From positions 32,001 to 96,000 of the IMG/VR virus record IMGVR_UViG_3300032288_004702: 64,000 bases of DNA; one strand, 5' to 3'. The translations under genes and the position numbers were made by a program. Below, in pieces: positions 27,194-37,300 of the stretch; within the stretch, counting starts at the first letter, position 1, and every line of letters starts with the position of its first letter. The DNA is from a virus. The notes under the pieces were generated by a model that worked only from the letters and a program-made list of their open reading frames with translations, had not been told where the DNA came from and searched no databases.

Positions 27194-28405
27194 GTGGCAC
27201 GCACGGTTAACCTTCTTTCAGACGCAAATGCACTTCTTAGGTTTTCGTCAAATGACGGCGCGAATATAGGAATATCATCTGTTGCATATGATTGGGAGAC
27301 AGAAAACGCAACGCTTTCCCTTATAAGTACTGAATTCGTTGTAAATACAAGATATGTACTTCAGGCTTTCCCGAGCAGCTCTGACGACGTGGTGATAAAG
27401 CTAGAAAATATTCCATTAAAAATATCCGATAACGGGAGAGTGCTGTCGGCAAATATGCGAATCAAAGCAAGCTCGCCGATGACCATTAATTCATTGCTCT
27501 ACGTCGATTCGGATTCTAATGCATATTCTGGGAACTCGTTATCCTATACAAGCGGACTATACAATGCAGTGCACACTAATCAAGTTGTGATTCCAGATGA
27601 CGAGACTCTTCATACAGTAACCATACTTATAACCATCTCTGGTCATTCGCCAGTGCCAATACACCTAACTTTGCCGCACCTAATACATGACATGGCATTA
27701 TTTGAAAACCCATTTGTCCGCCGGTCAAGAACCTTTCTTCCAGACTTTTACTTTGAAATAGATTCATCACAGACGCAGCCCTCATATCCATTTTTTAGAT
27801 TAATAGACATACTTACTGCAGCTGCCGGAGAAACAGCAATTGAGCACGACAGAATGTACGGGGTTGAAGTCGGTCAAGTTCCGCTTCCTGAACAAACGGC
27901 AGAATATTGGGCCCGCAGCTCGTTGGTATCTCCACGTTCTGTAAGAGATGCATACATACCGTGGCTTGCGCAATTTACCGGTGGACCGCTTCGTCAGAAT
28001 ATCCAGAAATCAGATGGTTCATTATTTTTTCAGAATGAAGGCGTGCGTCGGGATTTTATAGAGTGGCAGTTAGTAAATGGTTACTACGGGAGGGCATCTG
28101 GCTCAAGAGAAGCCATGACAGAGGCAGCCAAGCAAGTTCTGCTTTACACAAAGGATGGCACCCAGAGCACGCTGTCTGTTGCGGTAACCCCGCGTTATCT
28201 TGACGAACCCTTTACTGTTCGTGTCCAGACGCTAACGAATGAAACACCGGATGCTGACGCCGGCGAAGAAAGTGAGCTCGTATTGAAAACTGTTTCATGG
28301 GCCAAACCGATGGGATATCGAGTTTTGCATCAAACAGTTGACGAATTCTTCTTTTCGTTCGATGACCCAACGTTGGGCGTCCTGGACTCAATGAGGTTTG
28401 GGTAA
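27194..28405 (+). CDS. Baseplate wedge / tail protein I-like
   Basis: FLPDFY, YIPWLAQFTG, GSREAM, AKPMG. Confidence 0.72.
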   Translation: MARTVNLLSDANALLRFSSNDGANIGISSVAYDWETENATLSLISTEFVVNTRYVLQAFPSSSDDVVIKLENIPLKISDNGRVLSANMRIKASSPMTINSLLYVDSDSNAYSGNSLSYTSGLYNAVHTNQVVIPDDETLHTVTILITISGHSPVPIHLTLPHLIHDMALFENPFVRRSRTFLPDFYFEIDSSQTQPSYPFFRLIDILTAAAGETAIEHDRMYGVEVGQVPLPEQTAEYWARSSLVSPRSVRDAYIPWLAQFTGGPLRQNIQKSDGSLFFQNEGVRRDFIEWQLVNGYYGRASGSREAMTEAAKQVLLYTKDGTQSTLSVAVTPRYLDEPFTVRVQTLTNETPDADAGEESELVLKTVSWAKPMGYRVLHQTVDEFFFSFDDPTLGVLDSMRFG

Positions 28406-28443
28406 AATGATAAACTCGATTATTAAGATTCAGGAGAAATAAC

Positions 28444-29454
28444 ATGGCTGGCTCAGGAGTAAGGCTATTTGTATCGGGTGAAATCGCCTATGCAGCTGAC
28501 GTAAACACCTACCTAATGGACCAGGTGATTAGTCGATTTGCTGATGCCGATGCACGAGATGCTGCTTTCGGTGACGGAATCCCGGTATCACAGGGCGGCG
28601 ACGGCAAACCATCTCTTTCAGAAGGTAGATTTTGCTATCTCGACGACGTTAATGAAGTCCAATTTTACAATGGTGCCGCATGGCAATCCGCTTCACAGTT
28701 TACAGTCGGTGATGGAACAATTACAGAGGCCAAACTTGCTGCAAACTCTGTTACCTCTGACAAAATTGCGCCCGGAACCGTAATCGCCTCGGACATAGGC
28801 GATAACACAATTACGGAAGCAAAACTTACAACATCTGTAGCTGGTTCTGGCCTTTCTGGCGGAAACGGAACAGCACTGGCTGTAAATGTTGACAACTCAA
28901 CCGTAGAAATAAATTCGGATAATTTAAGAATTAAAGACCTTGGCGTAACAACCGCAAAAATAAATGACGGTGCAGTAACATCTGCAAAGCTTGATTCGGA
29001 TATTTCTATATCTGGCGACGTTGCGGCAGGCGGAAACCTAAATGTATCTGGGACTTCATTTATTGCTGAAATAATCGAGAAGGCTCATCTCGTCGGCTCG
29101 GCCTCTGGTACAGAGACAATTGACATTCTGACTGCTGGAATACATTTTTTTGAAACATCAAGCACATCTTCTTTTGTTCTTGATTTTATTGGTGATGGCT
29201 CTAATTCATTTAACAGCCTTACGTCTGTCGGCCAGTCCGTTACTGGCGTAATACTAGTTAACTGCGGTTCAACTTCATGCAAGCCGACCGCAATACGAGT
29301 TGATGGCGTTGCGCAAACAGTTAAATGGTTCGGTGGAGTTTCGTTCCCGGACGGGAGCGGTGGTGGAGCAATAGATTCGTACACAATAACGATTATAAAA
29401 ACCGCGGCTACGCCAACATATGTCGTATTGGCCAGTCAGTCAAAGTTTGCGTAA
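28444..29454 (+). CDS. Tail fibre protein
   Basis: N-terminal FVSGEIAYAADVNTYLMDQ; VTxAKI repeats; C-terminal VKWFGG...IDSYTITIIKT adaptor domain. Confidence 0.8.
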   Translation: MAGSGVRLFVSGEIAYAADVNTYLMDQVISRFADADARDAAFGDGIPVSQGGDGKPSLSEGRFCYLDDVNEVQFYNGAAWQSASQFTVGDGTITEAKLAANSVTSDKIAPGTVIASDIGDNTITEAKLTTSVAGSGLSGGNGTALAVNVDNSTVEINSDNLRIKDLGVTTAKINDGAVTSAKLDSDISISGDVAAGGNLNVSGTSFIAEIIEKAHLVGSASGTETIDILTAGIHFFETSSTSSFVLDFIGDGSNSFNSLTSVGQSVTGVILVNCGSTSCKPTAIRVDGVAQTVKWFGGVSFPDGSGGGAIDSYTITIIKTAATPTYVVLASQSKFA

Positions 29455-29468
29455 GGCTCGAGGTAATT

Positions 29469-31271
29469 ATGCCATTTCTCGGAGGCAGGGCATCAGCATC
29501 TCGCGGATTTTTTGGTGGCGGCTCCACGCCGACAGAACCAACAAATCTGTCTTCAATTGAGGGAAATCAACAGTTAACAATATCATTTGATGCCCCATCG
29601 TTTAATGGTGGTTTAAATATCTCAAACTATGAATATGCTCTTTCAACAAATAGCGGTTCATCGTATGGAGCCTGGACTCCGCTTTCTCCGGTAGACACAT
29701 CTTCGCCGATTATTATTGGTGAGCTAACAAATGGCCAGGAATATTACGTAAAACTGCGGGCTGCCAACCCTCTTGGCGGCGGACAGCAATCAGACCCGCT
29801 GTCCACAAATACGACACCATACACGGTGCCGGGTAAGCCGTCGATTACTGGGCTTACGCCTGGAAACGGGCAGGTTGAAGTAACTTATTCAGCGCCTGCA
29901 TCCAATGGCGGTAGGCCAATAACAAACTACTATATCCAGTACTCGTCCAATAATGGCTCAACATGGTCTAGCCCTATTGATTCTGGCAGCGACCTCAGCC
30001 ATCCGGTGACCGGTTTATCTAACGGTACCAACTATGTATTCAGGGTTTACGCCACAAATATTGCTGGGAATGGCCCTGTTTCCGATACGTCGTCATCCTC
30101 AAAGCCACGAACAGTACCAGCAAAGATTTCACCTGCGCCTACTTCGTCAGCGGGCGATAGAAGTTTCACTATCAGCTGGACAGCACCAAACGATGGCGGC
30201 AGCGATATTACTGGATACAGGGTTCAGTATTCTTCCGATGGCGGCTCAACGTGGGTCGGGACAGACACAACTACATCAACTTCTTATTCATGGGTTCCAC
30301 TTACAAATGGTACATCTTATATAGGAAAAGTTCAGGCATACAATATTGTTGGCAATGGTGAGTACTCTGATGCTTCAGTGGCAAGAACCCCAACATTTTC
30401 TGCCCCTGCACTTTCTGGGGACGGAAGCTGGGCGAGTTCTGCAAGCATTGGGGTGAGGCGAGTTTCGTGGACGGTCAACCCGACAGACGTATATGGCTCA
30501 AATGCTACTGCCGGTACAACAACAGAAATATACCTTCAGTGGATGTACGCAGATGGGACATGGTCAACACCAAATGCGGCAGAAGAATTAGTGGCGACAT
30601 ATACAGGAAACCAGTCATATAGCGGCTATGGCACAGCATTTGCTAATTCTAGTACTGTCGCTCCTGGTGAACAGTACAGGATACGCGCTAAACAATACTC
30701 AAGCGCAGAACCATCATATGCCATTTATACGTCATGGGTAAATATACAGATAATAGGGTACCAAACTCAATATTACGATACGTGGGTTGGTCTTTCGAAT
30801 GTTTCGTCGTCGTCAGAACTTGTTTCAGTTACCGGAACATCATTCACTCATACATATGCCGCGGCAGTGGGCGGAGTTAATACACAAAACTATGGAGACA
30901 TCCAACATAGGGCGGTTTCCGTCTATATAACCTCATATACTGGAGATTCTGGCACAACAATTTGCACATCATCAAGGTACTGGGGCCTATTTTGGTCCGG
31001 CAACTCAACCAGTGGAGGGACGAGCGGAAGCATTGATTACACTGGACTACAGCAGCCATGGTCAAACAACGCAGGGTCTACGCAGCGGAGCGCAACCTGG
31101 ACGCCAACCGCGACGAACTGGGGCGCCGTTGGAGCCGGCAGGGTTAGCGTAAAAGGTTTTGGCACTATAGCAACATGGTCGACAAGCCCTGACCAAAGAA
31201 TCAGGGTGCGAATTAGTGTTACTTACGAAAGACGACAGTGGACACAGAATGGCGGCTCGTTCCTGTATTAG
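29469..31271 (+). CDS. Fibronectin type III repeat tail protein
   Basis: Three FN3 repeats (WTAP-x-DGGSDITGY, GL-x-NG-x2-Y-x-FRV-x-A-x-N); ATG 29469 with gagg RBS. Confidence 0.85.
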   Translation: MPFLGGRASASRGFFGGGSTPTEPTNLSSIEGNQQLTISFDAPSFNGGLNISNYEYALSTNSGSSYGAWTPLSPVDTSSPIIIGELTNGQEYYVKLRAANPLGGGQQSDPLSTNTTPYTVPGKPSITGLTPGNGQVEVTYSAPASNGGRPITNYYIQYSSNNGSTWSSPIDSGSDLSHPVTGLSNGTNYVFRVYATNIAGNGPVSDTSSSSKPRTVPAKISPAPTSSAGDRSFTISWTAPNDGGSDITGYRVQYSSDGGSTWVGTDTTTSTSYSWVPLTNGTSYIGKVQAYNIVGNGEYSDASVARTPTFSAPALSGDGSWASSASIGVRRVSWTVNPTDVYGSNATAGTTTEIYLQWMYADGTWSTPNAAEELVATYTGNQSYSGYGTAFANSSTVAPGEQYRIRAKQYSSAEPSYAIYTSWVNIQIIGYQTQYYDTWVGLSNVSSSSELVSVTGTSFTHTYAAAVGGVNTQNYGDIQHRAVSVYITSYTGDSGTTICTSSRYWGLFWSGNSTSGGTSGSIDYTGLQQPWSNNAGSTQRSATWTPTATNWGAVGAGRVSVKGFGTIATWSTSPDQRIRVRISVTYERRQWTQNGGSFLY

Positions 31272-31298
31272 GATGAGTTAAGGGGATAATATTTCAGC

Positions 31299-31523
31299 AT
31301 GAGCGATACAGACGACATTTATATAATCCCGGATTGTCAACCTACTGATTTTGCCTCGGGAGATATAGCACTTGCCGACAATGAAACAGTGCTATACAGA
31401 ATTTCTGAATGTTACAAATGTGATGAGTTCATTAGAGAATCATCACTCTGCAGGCAAAGTGGTTGTCAAATTTCAATAAAAGTGAAAGTCAGTAATTCCA
31501 CATGCCCAATAGGAATATGGTGA
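31299..31523 (+). CDS. Small Cys-rich protein (CxxC...CxxxGC...CPxxxW)
   Basis: RISECYKCDEF...LCRQSGC...CPIGIW. Confidence 0.72.
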   Translation: MSDTDDIYIIPDCQPTDFASGDIALADNETVLYRISECYKCDEFIRESSLCRQSGCQISIKVKVSNSTCPIGIW

Positions 31524-31524
31524 C

Positions 31525-31746
31525 ATGAGGGAGAGAAGGGCAAACCCTCTAGATTTTTTTAAAACGTCGACAAAGTATGTCGACGACGAGACTGCCGAGT
31601 TGCGATACTCGATATGCGATGGATGCGAATTTTTCTTGCAAATCACAAAACAGTGCCGCAAGTGTGGCTGTTTTATGCATCTAAAGACAAAAATTGCACA
31701 CGCTGAATGCCCGATTAACAAGTGGGGTCCGGTCCTGACAGATTAA
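31525..31746 (+). CDS. Small Cys-rich protein (paralog)
   Basis: RYSICDGCEFF...QCRKCGCFM...CPINKW. Confidence 0.8.
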   Translation: MRERRANPLDFFKTSTKYVDDETAELRYSICDGCEFFLQITKQCRKCGCFMHLKTKIAHAECPINKWGPVLTD

Positions 31747-32804
31747 CTGTTCAGCTCGTACCATCCACCTCCCCATAGTGTTTCAAGTCTCCTGAAGTAT
31801 CGCTCATACATCAAACCTACAGCGTCGAGGCCGTATCTGTTCTTTGCGTATTGACCTATTGCCCGCCTATCAAGCTTTTCAGCATTAAGTGCCGCGTCAA
31901 TAAATTCCCGGAGTGTGTGACATCTAAAACCAGTTACCCCATCTTGCACTGTTTCTGTGAACGCCCCCCAGTCCGTTGATATTACGGGCGAGCCGCAGGC
32001 CATGGCCTCAATTGCGACAGTCCCAAATGGCTCAACGTATATTGTTGGAGTGAAAGTGGCTATTGCTCCACCCATTAATTTTGCTCTCTCTTCAGTCCCT
32101 ACTACGCCAACATACTCACCGTATTCCGGGGGTATTCCCTGACCTGCAATAATTAACCGCTTCCCAAGGTGTTTGCAAACATCTACAGCAATTTGATAAC
32201 CCTTGCGCTCTATTAGTCTTCCGATGTAGAGGTAGTAGTCATCTGGTTCTATTTGTGTCGGAAAATCATCGACATCTATATAGCTAGGTATTACGGTATC
32301 GTAGAACTTGCCATCTAGTACATGCGGGTCAGTAACTTTGGAGCCATAACAGGAGTGCATCCATGCATACGACTCAAAAACTTTGTACTTAGCGAAAGAA
32401 CCGCCGTATCCAATTCCGAACTCTACGCTTAGCTCGTCTGGAAAAGCATCTGCAATTGGCTTAGAGGCATAACCGGCGATGAGGCAAATAAAGTCCTTGT
32501 GCTCAAGACGCTTACGCATCTGATAAATAACATTTCCATTAAAAGTAACCCAGTGGGGCAGATTCCAGTCAAATGATGCTGCTGAATAGTGATTTTGCCC
32601 AACTGCTTGCAGCCGCTGCTCCTCGGTAATGCACATAATATGCTCATCACATGACGCTTCATTGAACTCTCCACCGTAAAGAAACACGGTATGGCCCAAG
32701 TTCTTCATCATTATGCAGAACTTGCGGACCTTCTCCGTATAAGCGCAGGCTGTAAATTCTTCAGTAGTGTTGGTGTGTGGTAGTGAAACTACGTGGAAAC
32801 GCAT
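31743..32804 (-). CDS. GT-B (GT4-like) glycosyltransferase
   Basis: YIGRLIERKG, EPFGTVAIEAMACGSPVI, DGVTGF. Confidence 0.93.
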   Translation of the reverse strand: MRFHVVSLPHTNTTEEFTACAYTEKVRKFCIMMKNLGHTVFLYGGEFNEASCDEHIMCITEEQRLQAVGQNHYSAASFDWNLPHWVTFNGNVIYQMRKRLEHKDFICLIAGYASKPIADAFPDELSVEFGIGYGGSFAKYKVFESYAWMHSCYGSKVTDPHVLDGKFYDTVIPSYIDVDDFPTQIEPDDYYLYIGRLIERKGYQIAVDVCKHLGKRLIIAGQGIPPEYGEYVGVVGTEERAKLMGGAIATFTPTIYVEPFGTVAIEAMACGSPVISTDWGAFTETVQDGVTGFRCHTLREFIDAALNAEKLDRRAIGQYAKNRYGLDAVGLMYERYFRRLETLWGGGWYELNS

Positions 32805-32813
32805 TAAACCATC

Positions 32814-33782
32814 TTAATACTTGATAATGTAATTAACCGTAAGCATGGGCTGGATGTTTTCAACTGCGGAACTGGCCGTATACCCACCGTCCGTCGTGTT
32901 TGACGTGCTCGGTCCGCCTGTTGTTAGGTTGTTTGTATCAACCGTGACTGTATGTGCATGGCTATTGACACCATGCGAATGGTCGGAACTATGTCTATGG
33001 TCGTACATGCCATGGTTGTGGTATGGGTTTGAGTCGCCAGAGGTGCCGTTTGTGAACGAATGTTGATGGCTTCCTTCGTACTCCGATATTCCATAATTGG
33101 AAAGGTTTTGGCCCGATGCCGAAACCCTGGCTCTTGCCGTTCCCGACCCGGCATCAGTTACAAAATAAAGCCTATGCTCGTGATAGCCGGCTGAGTAATG
33201 GGTGTGGTCGACGCTGTGGTTGTGATTAATCGATACCGACTCTGTTCCGCTGGGGCTGGGAGAGCCTATTCCTGCAGATGCGGTGGTCGTACTGGTGGAT
33301 GTACCACCACTATTTCCCGTATTTGTTCCCACAGTATGGGCATGGCTGGCACTGTGGGTATGGCTATTAAGGCCATGGACGTGCGCCGGCATATTGTTGG
33401 CCACTAGCGTTACGGATTCTGTTCCATACCAAGAGCCCAATGCCCTATTGGTAAGAGTAGAGCCGCCCGATATTGCCCCGGATGACGCAGAGGTGCCACC
33501 GCCAGAACCCTGACCGGCCCCAACTAGCGTTCGTCCTTTTGTGTTTGGAACATGAAAGGTTGTACTTCCGTCGCCAGCTCCAAATGTGGTTGATATTGCT
33601 GCAAACAAGTTTGCATAGGTTGTTCTTGAATATGTAGAACCATCGCATAGCAGCCAACCGTCGGGGGCAGACGAGCCTGCATACGGCATCATCGCACCCG
33701 GAGGTATCAATTCAAATCCAGCAGGAACAGAGTCTGTCGATACGGTAATCCCGTCCTTTACGGCAAATTTAGTTCTCGGCAT
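32814..33782 (-). CDS. Tail-collar domain fibre with 11 HxH motifs
   Basis: PPGAMMPYAGSSAPDGWLLCDG...GDGSTTF, repeated HxH, ends NIQP...NYIIKY. Confidence 0.9.
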   Translation of the reverse strand: MPRTKFAVKDGITVSTDSVPAGFELIPPGAMMPYAGSSAPDGWLLCDGSTYSRTTYANLFAAISTTFGAGDGSTTFHVPNTKGRTLVGAGQGSGGGTSASSGAISGGSTLTNRALGSWYGTESVTLVANNMPAHVHGLNSHTHSASHAHTVGTNTGNSGGTSTSTTTASAGIGSPSPSGTESVSINHNHSVDHTHYSAGYHEHRLYFVTDAGSGTARARVSASGQNLSNYGISEYEGSHQHSFTNGTSGDSNPYHNHGMYDHRHSSDHSHGVNSHAHTVTVDTNNLTTGGPSTSNTTDGGYTASSAVENIQPMLTVNYIIKY

Positions 33783-34140
33783 TCCGGTCCTCCTGCTGTG
33801 CGAGCTTTTGTTCGCTAGTCATTGCTGACCATGTTGACTCAAATGCATCAATATCCCAGTTTGCCCAAGTTGCAGGGACGCCCTGCCCAGGTAATGGACC
33901 TAGGTCTACGACATATGGCAATGGACTCTCAACAGTACTTGTTATATCCCGAACCCCTTGTCTCCAGATTCTCCAGTCATTTTTTATTTCATCAGACAGT
34001 GGGGAATCCGGTGATTGAGTCCAATCGCTTTCTTTTAACAAAACATCCCTCATCTGACGCAAAGCAGCCAATAGCTCTTCCTGTGTTGTCGCTGGCTTAT
34101 CAAACGGCGCAAGTGGCCAGCCATATATCTGAATTCTCAT
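33769..34140 (-). CDS. Tail fibre assembly chaperone
   Basis: LRQMRDVLLKESDWTQSPDSPL...WRIWRQGVRDIT. Confidence 0.85.
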   Translation of the reverse strand: MRIQIYGWPLAPFDKPATTQEELLAALRQMRDVLLKESDWTQSPDSPLSDEIKNDWRIWRQGVRDITSTVESPLPYVVDLGPLPGQGVPATWANWDIDAFESTWSAMTSEQKLAQQEDRNAEN

Positions 34141-34304
34141 GATTTATGACTTCCTTGCTCTTTTTCTTTTCTGATACTGTCTATGGCGGCTTTTGTCGTA
34201 TCAACGTCACCACCAAGGTGGTGTTTGGCAAACTGCTCCAGCATTGCCAGTTCCACGATTTCAACATCGCTATACACGACTACTTCTTTTTGAATATTTT
34301 CCAT
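34137..34304 (-). CDS. Small hypothetical protein
   Basis: Coupled ORF; ATG 34304 preferred. Confidence 0.55.
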   Translation of the reverse strand: MENIQKEVVVYSDVEIVELAMLEQFAKHHLGGDVDTTKAAIDSIRKEKEQGSHKS

Positions 34305-35065
34305 CTTTTTTTCCCACCATTTATAGGGCACTCGCTCAACATTTTATCAACCTTTATGCGTTCGCGCCTGTATGGACCCGCCGTTCCATCATGTGGCGCT
34401 ATGTGCCCCATCCCAAAACCAGTAGTGGCGACGTATTTAAAGTAGGACTCATCGTTGAAAACGATTTCCTCAAAATCTGAGTCTCTCTTAAACGGAATCA
34501 ACTGTGCAATTGGTGTTCCGACTTTTATGGAGAATGGGGCATTCCCCGTTATGTTTAGAACGATGTTGGCCAGGTGGTAATAATCTGTATTTATTATTGC
34601 CGGAAGAACTGAGAAGTTTTCATTCGGCTCCCAGTGAATAGGCAGAAGAATGGTTGACCACCCAGGCGCAGTCTCGAATCTCCAGGGGTTCACGAGTTTC
34701 GGATACTGCCCTGTTTCTATTTGCCTCATATCGGTTACTGGACACGAGCCGGTTGACTCATAAGCAAAGCCCTGAACGTTGTTGATACCAGCCTGGGGGC
34801 TGAAGTCATCCCCGCCCGTCTCCCAAGCTCCATGAGAATCTGGTCTAAATCGGTAGTTTGTCCAAAGGGGAAGGGTTACACCTGCCCCTAGATAATCGAT
34901 TGTCCCTGCGCAGCGCCTGATGGAGCCCTGATGTTTCCCAATTCTTTTAAACCATGAAGGCTGATTGGTAACGCTGTTTACGAATGGCGGAAACTCCATC
35001 ATTCTGTTGTCAACTGGAGTAAATCTAATTTGACCGGGTTTTACAGGGGGGAGCTTATGGCTCAT
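34280..35065 (-). CDS. dUTPase-like-fold hypothetical protein (DUF6065-like)
   Basis: IRRCAG, PWRFETAPGWS, PAIINTDYY, IKVGTPIAQLIPFKR; ATGA overlap with the halogenase stop. Confidence 0.65.
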   Translation of the reverse strand: MSHKLPPVKPGQIRFTPVDNRMMEFPPFVNSVTNQPSWFKRIGKHQGSIRRCAGTIDYLGAGVTLPLWTNYRFRPDSHGAWETGGDDFSPQAGINNVQGFAYESTGSCPVTDMRQIETGQYPKLVNPWRFETAPGWSTILLPIHWEPNENFSVLPAIINTDYYHLANIVLNITGNAPFSIKVGTPIAQLIPFKRDSDFEEIVFNDESYFKYVATTGFGMGHIAPHDGTAGPYRRERIKVDKMLSECPINGGKKRWKIFKKK

Positions 35066-36612
35066 TTGTACAACCATTCTTCATCGGGAGACGAAAGCTC
35101 TCTTAAAGCGGTTGCGTGGTCAACTAATTCATGGTTGTGTCTGCCCTGTCGCATTTTATCAATTTCGTAAAATACCTGTTCACGTATGGCCATCATATTC
35201 ATAGCGCGAGTGCAGGCATCTTTGCTTATTATTCCCTGGCCTTGGGCCACGTGGGCCAGGTGTGGAGCTTGGAACATTTCTCCTGAATTTGATTCGAAGT
35301 CATAACGTGACGGAGGTTTTTCTGACCAAAGCTCTATCAATTCTTGCAACTCTTCATTTATTGGCATGTTCGACATTTCTTTCCAAAAGGGAGTATCTTG
35401 TCTGTCGGTATAATAATGAAGCCTAATCATTGTCAGTATGTTGCGCATCATTTTGTCAAAACCCTTATTGAAATGTTTTTGCGACGCCGTGTGTCCCGGT
35501 GCGTAGGATGCAATATATGGAATTGACTGCCTAACTTGTTGAATCGTCGAACCAATGCTTGTCGCCTCAAGTGGCTCGACAAAAGAAGAAGCTAAACCTA
35601 TTGCTATGCAGTTTTTCACCCATGAATTTCTCAAATATCCGGCATCAAATGAAATTATTCGCGGATTTTCTACTTTGTATCCGGTCATTTTTTCTGCTTC
35701 AGCGATTGCCTGTTCCGGTGCCAAAAACTCGGAACAGAATACATAACCGTTTCCTCGACGCTCTTGAGTAGGAATCTCCCACATCCACCCCGAAGAAGCA
35801 GCCCTTGCTCTGGTGTATGGCCGTATCTTCCCATTTGGGTCACTTTCAGTTGGGAAAGGTATCGCTGTGTTGCTAAGAAGATACTTATTAAACGAAACCC
35901 ATTCTGTGTTGCCTAGCTTTGTCATCAAAAGTCTATTAAATCCACTCGCATCAAACCAAAAATCTGCATTGACTTCATCGCCTTGTGCAGTCTTTATTGA
36001 CTTAATGTTCCCATTTTCCGGGTTGACCAATACTTCCGAAACATCTCCATCGACAAACTTGACAGAACGCTTGAATGCGAGTGAAATAAAATACTCGTTT
36101 AGCTTAAACGTGTCAAAATGAAACTGATTCGTACTTGAGTGCAGTCCATTACGGCTTATTTTATCTTTTATGATTCCAACGCTTGATGTGTTTGGGGTAA
36201 ATAATCTGTCCTGCTCCATTAATCCCATGTAGGTTCCATAGAGACCAAAAGCAAAGATGTCGTCTACGGCCCCAACGCTGTGAAAATAGTCTGGATTTTT
36301 ATTGCACCAGTTTTCATACCTAATCCCATATTTATGGGTGGCGGATGTGGCGACAATCATTTCCTCCAAAGGGATTTCGCATATATCCATGAACTGGCGC
36401 CAATGCTCAGTGGAGCCCTCACCAACGCCGATTATTCCAATCTTTGATGAAGAAACTACGGTTATTTCAGATAGCGGAAAGGCTTTTCTGAGCAGCAAGG
36501 ATGCGATAAGACCGGCAGTGCCGGAGCCAACAATTGCTACTGATTGCGGCTTTTGACCAATTCCATTTGTGCGAATGTTTGTTAGGTCTTGGTTAGTCAC
36601 CATGTTTGACAT
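35062..36612 (-). CDS. Flavin-dependent tryptophan halogenase family protein
   Basis: GSGTAG FAD motif, GVGEGS, catalytic-Lys region ATHKYGIRYENW, FHFD, WMWEIP (WxWxIP), GLASSFVEPLEATSI. Confidence 0.93.
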   Translation of the reverse strand: MSNMVTNQDLTNIRTNGIGQKPQSVAIVGSGTAGLIASLLLRKAFPLSEITVVSSSKIGIIGVGEGSTEHWRQFMDICEIPLEEMIVATSATHKYGIRYENWCNKNPDYFHSVGAVDDIFAFGLYGTYMGLMEQDRLFTPNTSSVGIIKDKISRNGLHSSTNQFHFDTFKLNEYFISLAFKRSVKFVDGDVSEVLVNPENGNIKSIKTAQGDEVNADFWFDASGFNRLLMTKLGNTEWVSFNKYLLSNTAIPFPTESDPNGKIRPYTRARAASSGWMWEIPTQERRGNGYVFCSEFLAPEQAIAEAEKMTGYKVENPRIISFDAGYLRNSWVKNCIAIGLASSFVEPLEATSIGSTIQQVRQSIPYIASYAPGHTASQKHFNKGFDKMMRNILTMIRLHYYTDRQDTPFWKEMSNMPINEELQELIELWSEKPPSRYDFESNSGEMFQAPHLAHVAQGQGIISKDACTRAMNMMAIREQVFYEIDKMRQGRHNHELVDHATALRELSSPDEEWLYK

Positions 36613-37300
36613 ATACGGTAAACGCTATCTGTGTTGGGATGTGGAAAGAAGTGAACAGCCCGGAGTTTAGTATCTGCTGATGTACTAGATATGCGCCAGT
36701 TTCATCCCCGTTTTCATAGAGATTCCCCAAATCTGAAGCATTTGAAACAACCAAAACACCATTGCTGTTCAGCGAAGAGATGACAGCATCTAGCAGATGC
36801 TCGTTAAAACCGAGAGACTGACAATAAACGAGAGCCATATCCTGTGTTCCAGCAAGAGAGGCAATATCAGAATAATTGACGGTTGTAAAGTTATCAAAAA
36901 TTGAAACATCTGAATACTTGCACACACTTTGTGTGATAATCGTATTTAAGACAGTAACTTCGTCAATATATGGGGCAACCCTTGTTAGGCTTTCTAAGGC
37001 ACCAACAACAAACATTTTCTGCGGTTGGCGCATTCTCACAAGGGCTTCGACTATGTCTACACATGCAGCAATTAGGTTTCTGAATTCTGCATTGTCGTCT
37101 GAGCCGAGAATGAACGAATGGAACTCGTCTACAAAAATAACGCGCTCTAATGGTATGCCTGATGAGTCATATACTTGACGCATCTTGACATAGATATTTT
37201 TCAGTTCGTTATCAGAAAGAACTGGGGCAGAGTCACCGTTAGCCCTAGTGTGCATGGACCTGGCAATGCGAGACATTTCCTCAATTGTGAAATTAGGCAT
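36593..37300 (-). CDS. Degenerate class I O-methyltransferase-like protein
   Basis: LVRMRQPQKMFVVG, DMALV, LNSNGVLVVSN, HIPTQIAFTVYVK align with a catechol-type OMT layout, but the SAM motif is eroded. Confidence 0.5.
   Translation of the reverse strand: MPNFTIEEMSRIARSMHTRANGDSAPVLSDNELKNIYVKMRQVYDSSGIPLERVIFVDEFHSFILGSDDNAEFRNLIAACVDIVEALVRMRQPQKMFVVGALESLTRVAPYIDEVTVLNTIITQSVCKYSDVSIFDNFTTVNYSDIASLAGTQDMALVYCQSLGFNEHLLDAVISSLNSNGVLVVSNASDLGNLYENGDETGAYLVHQQILNSGLFTSFHIPTQIAFTVYVKHGD

Noticed and set aside
29325-29468. N-terminal extension of the FN3 protein given in the ORF track
   Set aside because: Overlaps the upstream fibre gene by 130 nt; ATG 29469 has a proper RBS.
35062-36612. Halogenase alone as the novelty
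   Set aside because: Phage-encoded flavin-dependent halogenases are already known; only the context with His/Trp-rich fibres is reported as notable.
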